From assembly GCA_900540385.1 (NCBI GenBank), contig UQFY01000003.1, positions 64,715-128,714 on the forward strand: DNA of 64,000 nt, read 5' to 3'. Positions 27,228 through 35,841 of the stretch are shown here, one piece after another. Within the stretch, counting starts at the first letter, position 1. Each line of letters begins with the position of its first letter. The notes beneath the pieces were generated by a model. That model was not told where the DNA came from and did not search any database. It was given only the letters and a program-made list of their open reading frames with translations. The stretch is from an uncultured Mollicutes bacterium. Lineage in GTDB: Bacteria; Bacillota_I; Bacilli_A; RFN20; CAG-826. The position numbers and the translations under genes are program-made.

Positions 27228-27498
27228 AAAGTAAGAAGATTATAATCTCTAAATAGATAGTTATATTGGATTATTTTTAATGATTATCTCTATTAATTTA
27301 AAACATTGAATAAACAAGTTTGACGATACAAACTTCAATATTTCTTGTTTGAGTAACAATTCTGCAACGTTAGTCCTGAAAAACGCCTTATATGTAAAAC
27401 TTTTTCAATATTTTGTTTCACATAACAACGGATAAACGCTCCTATCCACAATGAAAAAAGGTCCGACACAATCTCCGCCAGACCATGATTTCTACTGA

Positions 27499-27573
27499 GG
27501 CGGAATACGGGATTTGAACCCGTGAATGGCCGGTTCACAGCCGGTTGTGTTAGACCACTTCACCAATTCCGCC
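27499..27573 (-). tRNA. tRNA-His (anticodon GUG) with genome-encoded G-1; no encoded CCA
   Basis: Cloverleaf by hand: acceptor GCGGAAT/ATTCCGC, an extra 5' G opposite discriminator C, anticodon loop CUGUGAA, and T arm ACGGG-TTCAAAT-CCCGT. Confidence 0.9.
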
Positions 27574-27586
27574 AGCGTTGATAAGT

Positions 27587-28141
27587 TTAGTAAAGTTTAA
27601 GAGGTTTAGCAAGAGAAAGAACGTCTTTTTCTCTAATTAAAAGGGATTTTGCTTTCAACCATATGGGAAGTTCCCTTCTTTTTAAAAGGAGAGGAATATC
27701 TTGATTTGGAAGATTTTCATAAAGCAAAAGAATTTCTTCTAGTGATAAATAAAGGGTTTTCTCGATAAGAGAATCTCCTTCACTAACAAGATGTTTTCCG
27801 ACATATTTTGTTGTTTTTGCCAGAAAATAGTAATTGATGTTTTTCCTCGATAAAAGCGCGTATTCGTCTTTAATAATGCCGATTTCATCGAGTATTTCTA
27901 CCTGATAACCAAGCTCTTCTTCGCATTCCCTCTGGAAGGCAAGGGCTGGGCTTTCTTTAAAATCAATTCCCCCACCTGGTGTTTCATAGTAGGTGTAGTT
28001 TCCAAAGATGTCGTTTCTTTTTATCTGGTGGATAGCAAATAAGCCATCTTCATTTATGACGACACCTCTAGCGATCCTTCTTTCTTTCCAATCTCCTTTT
28101 CTTGGGTATTGGTCATCCTTAAATTCCTTTATAATATCCAT
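27587..28141 (-). CDS. NUDIX hydrolase
   Basis: Nudix box GGGIDFKESPALAFQRECEEELGY. I prefer the ATG at 28141 over the upstream TTG at 28165. Confidence 0.85.
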   Translation of the reverse strand: MDIIKEFKDDQYPRKGDWKERRIARGVVINEDGLFAIHQIKRNDIFGNYTYYETPGGGIDFKESPALAFQRECEEELGYQVEILDEIGIIKDEYALLSRKNINYYFLAKTTKYVGKHLVSEGDSLIEKTLYLSLEEILLLYENLPNQDIPLLLKRRELPIWLKAKSLLIREKDVLSLAKPLKLY

Positions 28142-28164
28142 TGCTAGATTATAAGGCGAAAGCA

Positions 28165-28881
28165 ATGGTCATTAGAAATCGTATCCTCAACTTCATCTAT
28201 AGATTCTTAGCACTTGCTATGGGGATTTTCACATTAGCTTGCATTTTTAATTCCGATTCTATTGATTCCATTGGTTGGAATGCTTGGAGATATTTTGGAA
28301 CATGGGTTACCTCTTATGGGGTTTTTGTTCTCTTTTTGGAAACATTCCTTTCTTTCTTTTGGCTTCTGCATAAGAGCAAACGAGGAATTCCCCAAATATA
28401 TGGTCAGCTTCTTTTCGTTGCCCTAGCTTTAGAAGTAGGCCTAGCCTTAAGCCGCCCGATTTCTTATTTATTTATTAATGGAGGAAATGTTTTAACTCCT
28501 TATTTCTCTAATGATCGCCTACTAACTCAATTATTGACCTATATCTTTTTCCCTATTCTTGTCTTTGGGGATTGGTTTCTTTTTTCTGAAAAAGGAAATT
28601 GGAAATGGCATTGGGTGATTTATTTGATTGCCGTTCCTTCTTTTTATGCCGTTTTCTCTCTTTTAAACCATTACATCCGCACTTCTACGACCTTCGCAAG
28701 TCTTCTTTTTGATAACAATACTTTCTTAAACTTCGCTGTTTTAGGCGAATGGGATGGTTGGGTTGGGGTGATTCTCTCTGTTGGAACCCTTTTCCTTCTT
28801 TATGTTTCCGTTAGTTTCTTTATGGTTTTCCTTTCTTATTTATTAAGTGGCAAATACGCTAGAAGAACTATTTCTTCGTAG
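28165..28881 (+). CDS. Polytopic membrane protein (possibly Pr6Pr/AIG1-like)
   Basis: Six hydrophobic helices and the motif FFPILVFGDWFLF. The family recollection is weak. I prefer the ATG at 28165 over the TTG at 28141. Confidence 0.55.
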   Translation: MVIRNRILNFIYRFLALAMGIFTLACIFNSDSIDSIGWNAWRYFGTWVTSYGVFVLFLETFLSFFWLLHKSKRGIPQIYGQLLFVALALEVGLALSRPISYLFINGGNVLTPYFSNDRLLTQLLTYIFFPILVFGDWFLFSEKGNWKWHWVIYLIAVPSFYAVFSLLNHYIRTSTTFASLLFDNNTFLNFAVLGEWDGWVGVILSVGTLFLLYVSVSFFMVFLSYLLSGKYARRTISS

Positions 28882-29248
28882 GTGTTATCAGTTTCCATCT
28901 CATATCCTCGTGGAAGATTTCTTTGATTTTATTAGGCGTTAAAAGAAAGAAATCGATAAGCCTTTCTTCTTTTATATCGATTGCGAGCGCTACTTTCTTA
29001 AAAATGCCCCCTAGAATGTATTCCTTTACAAGATAAAGAATTTCTTTCTTTGAATCATATGTAGCGTATAACGGATTTCCTAAGATTCTTTTGCATTCTG
29101 CAATTTTCGCAAGATAGTCTTTGGGATAACGCCTTGCAAATTCATCAAGGGTTTTATTCCAAACAACAACATTTATGTTTCCTTTTAAATGAAACATTTG
29201 AATAACTTTCTTTGGGATGTTTCCCAAACGGATTGATTCTTCCATCAT
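28868..29248 (-). CDS. Hypothetical protein
   Basis: The start MMEESIRL at 29248 is preceded by GGAGGAAATA. Its 3' end overlaps the convergent gene by 14 nt. Confidence 0.5.
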   Translation of the reverse strand: MMEESIRLGNIPKKVIQMFHLKGNINVVVWNKTLDEFARRYPKDYLAKIAECKRILGNPLYATYDSKKEILYLVKEYILGGIFKKVALAIDIKEERLIDFFLLTPNKIKEIFHEDMRWKLITPTKK

Positions 29249-29325
29249 TATTTCCTCCACCTTATAAAAGACGGATAAAAGAAGAAAATGCCGAAAATAA
29301 TGAAAATAAGCTATAATCACTACAT

Positions 29326-30030
29326 ATGATGAAGTATGAGAAAAAAGGTGATGTTTCTTACACTCTAGGGACCACTCTCACTTTTGAACTATTGCTAAGA
29401 AAACCAGAAGTAGCCAAACGTATCTATATCTCGGAAAAGCAAAAAAGAGATGAGACATATACTAAATTAGTCGCTTTGGCAAAAAAGAATCATCTTGCAA
29501 TTATTGAAAATAACCAAAAGATTTTCTCTTTATCGGAAAAAGAAAACACTTTTGTAATTGGAGAGTTTCAGAAATTTCACACGGAAAATGTACCATCAGG
29601 AAATCACGTGATCTTAGTGTCTCCATCAAATATGGGCAATTTGGGAACGATTTTCCGTTCTTGTGCGGCCTTTGATATTGATTTCCTAGGAATTATTCGC
29701 CCAGCTGCAGATGCTTTCGATCCAAAATGCATTCGTTCTACGATGGGCGCTATCTTTTCTTTGCCTTTTGCTTATTTTGACTCTTTTGAGGATTATCAAA
29801 AAGTCATGGGAGAAAGACATTTATATCCTTTCATGTTACAAACTGATCATTTTTTGAAAGAGACGAAAAAAGAAAAGCCCTATTCCCTCATTTTTGGAAA
29901 CGAGGCAACAGGACTTCCAGATTCTTTCTTAAAAGTTGGTACGCCAATCAAAATTGAGCAATCTAGCAAGGTTGATTCTTTGAACTTAGATAATGCCGTT
30001 TCAATCGGCATCTATTCCTTTTTAGATTAA
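29326..30030 (+). CDS. TrmH/SpoU-family RNA 2'-O-methyltransferase
   Basis: SpoU motifs NMGNLGTIFRSCAAF, LIFGNEATGLP and IEQSSKVDSLNLDNAVSIGIYSF. Confidence 0.85.
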   Translation: MMKYEKKGDVSYTLGTTLTFELLLRKPEVAKRIYISEKQKRDETYTKLVALAKKNHLAIIENNQKIFSLSEKENTFVIGEFQKFHTENVPSGNHVILVSPSNMGNLGTIFRSCAAFDIDFLGIIRPAADAFDPKCIRSTMGAIFSLPFAYFDSFEDYQKVMGERHLYPFMLQTDHFLKETKKEKPYSLIFGNEATGLPDSFLKVGTPIKIEQSSKVDSLNLDNAVSIGIYSFLD

Positions 30031-30651
30031 TTACTCTTTGAGGTTATGCATCAAAACCGCTAAAGAGGAAGAGAAATTAAAGTTTTCAATGACGACATTA
30101 TTTGGAACAGTCACGTGTGTTGGGGCGAAATTCCAGATGCCTTTTGCACCCGCTTCAACTGCTTTATCCACCGCTTCTTGAGCATGTCCTGCTGGAACGG
30201 TAACAATAACAATCTCTCCACCAAGTTCCGCTAATTTGCTTTTAATATCATTAAGGTGATAGATTGCTTTACCATCGATTTCTTTTCCGATAAGAGAAGA
30301 ATCAACATCAAATCCACCAACAATCGCAAGACCCATATCAGCAAAATTTGGATAATGAAGAAGAGCTTGTCCTAAATGACCACAGCCAATAATGACAGCC
30401 TTCATCTCGCCTTTATAGCCTAAGAATGTTTCTAAAGTATCAACAAGTTTGGCGATATTTCTTCCTTTTTTAGGACGGCCTGGAACAGCGGAAACCGCTT
30501 GAAGGTCTTTACGAATTTGTTCTTCGCTATATCCAAGAACCTTGGCAATTTTTGGTGAGGAAATAGTTTCCTTCCCTTGCGCTTCAAGTTCTTTGAAATA
30601 TTTTAAGTAAATTGGATATCTTTCTAATTGATTTTTGGAATATTTCTTCAT
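30031..30651 (-). CDS. rex: Redox-sensing transcriptional repressor Rex
   Basis: N-terminal wHTH (SSPKIAKVLGYSEEQIRKDL) followed by a Rossmann fold (VIIGCGHLGQALL). Length is typical for the family. Confidence 0.9.
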   Translation of the reverse strand: MKKYSKNQLERYPIYLKYFKELEAQGKETISSPKIAKVLGYSEEQIRKDLQAVSAVPGRPKKGRNIAKLVDTLETFLGYKGEMKAVIIGCGHLGQALLHYPNFADMGLAIVGGFDVDSSLIGKEIDGKAIYHLNDIKSKLAELGGEIVIVTVPAGHAQEAVDKAVEAGAKGIWNFAPTHVTVPNNVVIENFNFSSSLAVLMHNLKE

Positions 30652-30799
30652 AGTTCATAGCCCCTTATCGAAATACCGAATTATTTTAACCTATATTGAA
30701 GCCTTTGCCAACCAATCAGTATCAAAATACCTAAATGCCGAAAAAAATTAAAAAGAGTTGACCCATGTATTCATATTCAACTTGTTTTAGAATATAGGC

Positions 30800-31687
30800 A
30801 TGAAGATAATTTCTACCTCTGATTCTCTTTTTTCTTCCTTTCTCCCAAAAAGAAACGAGAACACTTCGAAATTCGATTATGGGAGAGCCGTTCTTTTAGG
30901 TGGCTCTAAAGATTATGGAGGAGCACCCCTTCTTTCCTTGGCTTCTTTATCGTCTTTAAGATTGGGAGCAGGGTTTGCTACCTTATATGTTCCTGAACCT
31001 CTTTACTCTATCTATGTTGGTAGAGACCCTCAAATAATTGTTCATTCTTTCCCTAGCAAAGATGGCAACCTTCTTTTTGATTCAGGTTATTTAGAAGAAA
31101 TTACAAAGAAAGCCACCGCCATTGCTATTGGGATGGGCGTCACTGGTTTTGAAGAATGCCAAAAGATATTGGAGTATCTCTTAAAGAATTATCATGGTTA
31201 TTTAATTGTTGATGCGGGAGCTTTAAGAGCCTTTGCCAATATTCCAAACGAAAAGTTTAAGAATGTATCCCGTCATTTAATTCTTACTCCACATACGGGT
31301 GAATTCTCTTCTTTAAGTGGTTTCTCCCGCGAAGAAATAGAGAAAGAACCGGTGAAGTGTCTTTTATCCTATTTAGAAGGAAAAGAAATGACCGTTCTTC
31401 TAAAAGGACACGTATCTTACATTTCAGATGGTAAAGAGATGTATTCCTCTTCTTTTGGGAATACGGGGCTTGCTAAAGCCGGATCAGGCGACCTTCTTAG
31501 TGGGATTCTTTGCGGCATTTTTGCTCAAAAGATAGAAAAATCCATTCCTTTGAAAGTTGCCTTCGGATCCTATTTATTAGGAAAAAGCGCAGACCTTCTT
31601 TTAGAAGAAGAATGCGAATATTCCATTATCGCTAACGATATTATTCGAATCTTGCCGAAAGTGATTTCACGTTGTGTAGAGAATTAA
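30800..31687 (+). CDS. nnrD: ADP-dependent NAD(P)H-hydrate dehydratase (YjeF C-terminal / carbohydrate-kinase fold)
   Basis: Motifs GGSKDYGGAPLL, ILTPHTGEFSSL and GNTGLAKAGSGDLLSGIL. Confidence 0.85.
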   Translation: MKIISTSDSLFSSFLPKRNENTSKFDYGRAVLLGGSKDYGGAPLLSLASLSSLRLGAGFATLYVPEPLYSIYVGRDPQIIVHSFPSKDGNLLFDSGYLEEITKKATAIAIGMGVTGFEECQKILEYLLKNYHGYLIVDAGALRAFANIPNEKFKNVSRHLILTPHTGEFSSLSGFSREEIEKEPVKCLLSYLEGKEMTVLLKGHVSYISDGKEMYSSSFGNTGLAKAGSGDLLSGILCGIFAQKIEKSIPLKVAFGSYLLGKSADLLLEEECEYSIIANDIIRILPKVISRCVEN

Positions 31688-32265
31688 CGTTTCTTTCCAA
31701 CGATAAGATAGGATGAATTATCTTCTTCAGCTAGAAGAATATCAAACTGTTTTTGAAAACGTTCGCTCTCTTTTTCTGGAGAAGAAAGAGCACGTGTTGT
31801 TTTATGATCACACTTGTTATGAACGTGAGAAAGCTGTTCACGAGATAAAGAATGGACAATAGCAAACTTCCCTCCTACTTTAAGGTTATTTGCCAAAGAA
31901 GAAGAAAACTTATCAACATCTAAAAAATGAGGGAAAGCGTTATAAATAACAATAACATCAAAAAGCTTTTCAAAAGTCTTGTTTAAGAAATCTCCGACAT
32001 CGAAACTCGCATATCCTTTGCCTTCGTATTTCTTTCTGGCAAGAGCAATCATATTTGAAGAAATATCTAAGCCAAAAACAGGTCCTTCGTTTAAAGAATG
32101 AAGAAGGCCGGTGATTCTTCCCGTTCCACATCCTAAATCCAGAACATAATCGCCTTTTTGGATACCGATTCTCTTTAAAAGAGGGAGGATCTCTTCATCT
32201 TTTTTCTTTTCCATGGCATCCCAAGAATTTGCCATCGTGTCAAAATAGTCTTTTATCGCATTCAT
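31684..32265 (-). CDS. Class I SAM-dependent methyltransferase
   Basis: Motif I VLDLGCGTGRIT, followed by the post-I acidic residue in GLDIS. Confidence 0.8.
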   Translation of the reverse strand: MNAIKDYFDTMANSWDAMEKKKDEEILPLLKRIGIQKGDYVLDLGCGTGRITGLLHSLNEGPVFGLDISSNMIALARKKYEGKGYASFDVGDFLNKTFEKLFDVIVIYNAFPHFLDVDKFSSSLANNLKVGGKFAIVHSLSREQLSHVHNKCDHKTTRALSSPEKESERFQKQFDILLAEEDNSSYLIVGKKR

Positions 32266-32483
32266 AAAATTAAACCAATAGATATTTTAACAAATTTATA
32301 CGATTTTTTCTCATCTTTTAGATAACAATTCTGGATAAAAAACGTCAAATACCCATTATTCCTAATATCCTTTCTTTTTCAACAAGGATATTCAGAAGAT
32401 TAAGAATGAAATAGCCATTCAGTAAGAGGAATGGTTGTTTTTTCCTTTGTAAACGAGTTCTTTTTAGAACGTCTAATCAAGAT

Positions 32484-32972
32484 TTAAGCTGCTTTAAGAG
32501 CCAATATCTCTCGTAAAGCCAAATAATTTGCTTTCGCATTAACAATGTTTTTGACTTGAATCTTTTCTCTTCCCATATGAAAAGTAAGATTTCCGTTAGA
32601 AAAGAATTTGCCTCCATCTTTATAGGAGATGCTTTCTAAAGACGAAAGAGGGATGCGGTGAACTTTTCTTTCTTCGATAAGCAAGAAATCTTCTTCTTTT
32701 GCAATACGGACCTCTTTCTTTTGCAAAGTGGAATACACCGAAAAGGCTAAGCAAAGAAGGAAAAAAATATCAATGAGAAGATAGCAAATTCCATAAGGAG
32801 AAGAAGAATCGTCTTCTTGATTAAAAAAGAGAAAAGCGAAAAGAAGGGAGAGAATAAAGAGGATTCCCGTTATTACATAAGAGATGTATGCTCTTTTCTT
32901 TGAACGTTTTAAGACTACTGCTTTACTCATAGTTCTAGGATTATAGCAACAATATTTCAGGTTAAAAGACAT
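32484..32972 (-). CDS. Membrane protein with two TM helices and a C-terminal PH-like (bPH) region
   Basis: The ATG at 32972 is preceded by an AAGGGGGA SD. The longer ORF starts at a TTG with no SD. The TM pair is YVITGILFILSLLFAFLFF and CYLLIDIFFLLCLAFSVY. Confidence 0.5.
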   Translation of the reverse strand: MSFNLKYCCYNPRTMSKAVVLKRSKKRAYISYVITGILFILSLLFAFLFFNQEDDSSSPYGICYLLIDIFFLLCLAFSVYSTLQKKEVRIAKEEDFLLIEERKVHRIPLSSLESISYKDGGKFFSNGNLTFHMGREKIQVKNIVNAKANYLALREILALKAA

Positions 32973-33488
32973 ATATGTCCCCCTTCTTTTTGCTAAATTT
33001 AATGGGTTGACTTTAAAAAATATTGCTTTTGTTGGCTTACTATCGTTAGATATCAAAACCTCTTTGACCGAAAAAGATATCTCATTCGGTATTCTGATAT
33101 TTTTAAGAAAGCGTTTTCAAAACCCAAAAAAGAAATGAATTTTTCCATTTAAGTAAGCAAAGATTCATTCAAAAAAACAGTCAAATAACAAGGAACGTAT
33201 TCAATTTGAGTAAGGGAAAGAAAATTCATCGTGAAAACAAAAATGAATTTTATACGAAGGAAACGGGAGAAATCGTCTAGACATATTTATGAATTCTCTA
33301 AAAACAACTACGAAACCCCCTATTTTAAAAATGTTGGCGTTCATAACGTTTCATAAGCGAGGAACGTAATTTAATTGGGATTTGTTTTTTTCATTTCCTT
33401 TGCGATAATAGGATTGTCGAAATGAAATGTGGAAATTGAAAGATTCTTTTGTTTTCTTATTTCGTCTTTCAAAAAGGAGGCCTCTTAG

Positions 33489-34142
33489 ATGAAAAGAACA
33501 CATTTATTCTTATTTTTACCAGTTCTACTACTTTCTTCTTGCTCAAATGACTACACGAAAGTTTCAAGCGCATTGGGTTTAGCAGAAGAACAAGAACTCC
33601 TCTTTAATTTTGATGTATACAAATCAAACTCCCAATATGACTATTCTTCAAATGAAGACATTTCCTTCGAAGCTTTAAAAGAAAATGGAACAACTGTTTT
33701 TAAAAATTTAAAAGCCACGTATTCCAAGGAAGACGATAAATTCATTTACACAAATACTAGCGTCTTCTCCTATAAGAAACATTTAAAAAACGAAGGTGAA
33801 CGTTATAAATATTCTTACACTCTTGAGCCTTCCTTTTATTTCACTGGTTTAGTTTTAAACGAAGGAAAGGGCGTAAAAGCGCTCTTCTATTTCCCTTCTT
33901 ATCTTACAAACTGTTTTACGGATTCTCTTCAACCTTCGGAAAAAACGGTAACCTTTTCTGACTTGGTTTCTTTTTATGAACCTCTTTCTAATTATTCTAT
34001 TAATGAAACTAACCAAACCATCAATTTGGAATATTATGTAAGAAAAGATGGATCGAATGTTTATTCGAAAGATACCACCTACACATTAACCCTTTCGATA
34101 AAGGAAGAAAAAATCCACCTCCAAAAACATAAAAACGTTTAA
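33489..34142 (+). CDS. Lipoprotein of unknown function
   Basis: AAGGAGG SD and lipobox VLLLSSC|S. Confidence 0.7.
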   Translation: MKRTHLFLFLPVLLLSSCSNDYTKVSSALGLAEEQELLFNFDVYKSNSQYDYSSNEDISFEALKENGTTVFKNLKATYSKEDDKFIYTNTSVFSYKKHLKNEGERYKYSYTLEPSFYFTGLVLNEGKGVKALFYFPSYLTNCFTDSLQPSEKTVTFSDLVSFYEPLSNYSINETNQTINLEYYVRKDGSNVYSKDTTYTLTLSIKEEKIHLQKHKNV

Positions 34143-34190
34143 GGAATGTGGACTATATTAAAATCGTAAAAGAATACGGAAGTTTTTTGA

Positions 34191-35510
34191 TTAGCCTTCA
34201 ACGACGTAGTTAATTGTTATTGAAGCGTTTTTAGAAGCGTATTTTGTTTCATCGATCAGCTTAAAATAGGAGTTTCCTTCTGGAATTGGATAGGTGTAAA
34301 CACCATTCGTATAGGTTGGAGTAACCGCCACTCCTGCATTGGTTTCAGAAATCACGGAAGAAGAAACATAGCAGCTTAAAACACCATAATATTGATGAGA
34401 ATTAACGTCTTTTTCTGTAACGGCGATGGAAGAGAGTCTGCTTAAAGAATCAACATTATAAAGATATCCAGAGCCTTTATTCGCATTTCTAAATTGAATG
34501 ATCCCCTTATTGTCGTTCGAAACAAATGAAATTTTGAACGAAACGTTATTTTTCATTATTTCCATATCGGCATAACTGGCAGGGAAATCGGAAGGGAAGA
34601 AAGATAGGCTGTTTTCTCCTGGAAGGATAGGTGCGTATTTAGAAATTTGAATAGAGAAATAGCCTTCTGTTGCCATATATTCCACTTTAAGAAGGTTCTT
34701 TTCGCTAACGGCATAGTCCTTTTCTTTATTAACAACGTATCCTGCAGTTGTTAAAGAGGTTTCGTAATTGGCTATATAGGTGTTTCCTTCAATGCTTGTA
34801 TCGTAATATCCACCCACTAAGAAGTAAGTTTCACCCGATGGGTAAGCATCGTATTTTTTGTTTTCCGCTAAGGCAAAAGAAGGCAAAATCGTTTCGTCTA
34901 CTTTGCTTAAATTGAAGAAGCTTGCAATCACCTCATATGGGAAGGTTTCATAAATCGGGGTTCCTTCTTCATACCAAGCAAAAATTTCAAAAGCGTCCTG
35001 ATAATAATCGATTTGTACCATGATTTGGTCATTGGTGTCGGCAATTGGATAATGGTAACAATAATAATCGTCACCATATTCGGTTCTCTTTCCATCGAAA
35101 ACAAAAGAGGCAGAAACAAGTTGCTGGCCATAGCTTTCTGAAAGGTCGCCAGATTTATAGTCATAGACAATAAAGCTCTCCCCTTCTTCATCTGTCCCGC
35201 TCGCTTCAACATATGAGGAAGTAAACCCAATTGGGAATGGCAAACAGGTATATCCATTAAGGTAAGTAGACATCTTTTGTAAGTCCGACTCAGACCATGC
35301 TGTTGGTTTCTCTTCGCTAGAAGAGTTTTCTTCGCTTACTGATTCTTTGCTAGAAGAAGTTTCTTCGCTTACTGATTCATTAACGGAAAAAGTTTCTTCG
35401 CTTTTTAGCGTTTCATTAGAAGAAACACTTGGATTGTTTTCATTTGATGTACAAGAAAAAAGGCTCAAACTAATCGATAGGAGCGCTAATTTCATTATTC
35501 GTTTTTTCAT
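34191..35510 (-). CDS. Lipoprotein of unknown function with a Ser/Glu-rich repeated linker
   Basis: Start MKKRIMKLALLSISLSLFSC|T at 35510. The linker repeats ESVSEE(T/N)SSS. Confidence 0.7.
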   Translation of the reverse strand: MKKRIMKLALLSISLSLFSCTSNENNPSVSSNETLKSEETFSVNESVSEETSSSKESVSEENSSSEEKPTAWSESDLQKMSTYLNGYTCLPFPIGFTSSYVEASGTDEEGESFIVYDYKSGDLSESYGQQLVSASFVFDGKRTEYGDDYYCYHYPIADTNDQIMVQIDYYQDAFEIFAWYEEGTPIYETFPYEVIASFFNLSKVDETILPSFALAENKKYDAYPSGETYFLVGGYYDTSIEGNTYIANYETSLTTAGYVVNKEKDYAVSEKNLLKVEYMATEGYFSIQISKYAPILPGENSLSFFPSDFPASYADMEIMKNNVSFKISFVSNDNKGIIQFRNANKGSGYLYNVDSLSRLSSIAVTEKDVNSHQYYGVLSCYVSSSVISETNAGVAVTPTYTNGVYTYPIPEGNSYFKLIDETKYASKNASITINYVVEG

Positions 35511-35677
35511 TTTCTGACCTTTCAAAATTTATATGCATATCTTAGGACATTTCTTATAAAGAATGAACTTTTCTCTTTAAAAATGCGAGAAACGATCAAA
35601 GCCATCGGATCAAATTGGATTTCTCAAAATGAGGTACAAAAAAGAAGTGACATTGCATCACTTCTATCATTTTTAAG

Positions 35678-35770
35678 TGGCGGAGGCGTCGGGATTCGAA
35701 CTCGAGCTAGGGATGACTCCCTACTAACAGGTTAGCAACCTGCCCCCTTCGGCCTCTTGGGTACGCCTCC
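35678..35770 (-). tRNA. tRNA-Ser (anticodon GCU), class II long variable arm, encoded CCA
   Basis: Acceptor GGAGGCG/CGCCTCC, anticodon stem-loop GCAGG-UUGCUAA-CCUGU, long variable arm, and T loop TTCGAAT with one A-C mismatch in the T stem. Confidence 0.85.
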
Positions 35771-35841
35771 GTGCATGTGTAAATATACACTAAAGAAAAG
35801 AATTTAGCATTAAATATTTAAAGAAATGAATGAAAAATAGC

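Noticed and set aside
27335-27538. 67-aa minus-strand ORF
   Set aside because: Its 5' part overlaps the tRNA-His gene (27499-27573), it has no SD, and its composition is that of an intergenic region. It is spurious.
35290-35440. Tandem DNA repeats (gtttcttcgcttactgattc, two copies)
   Set aside because: They lie inside a coding region and encode the Ser/Glu-rich lipoprotein linker. This is a coding low-complexity repeat rather than a regulatory or mobile repeat.
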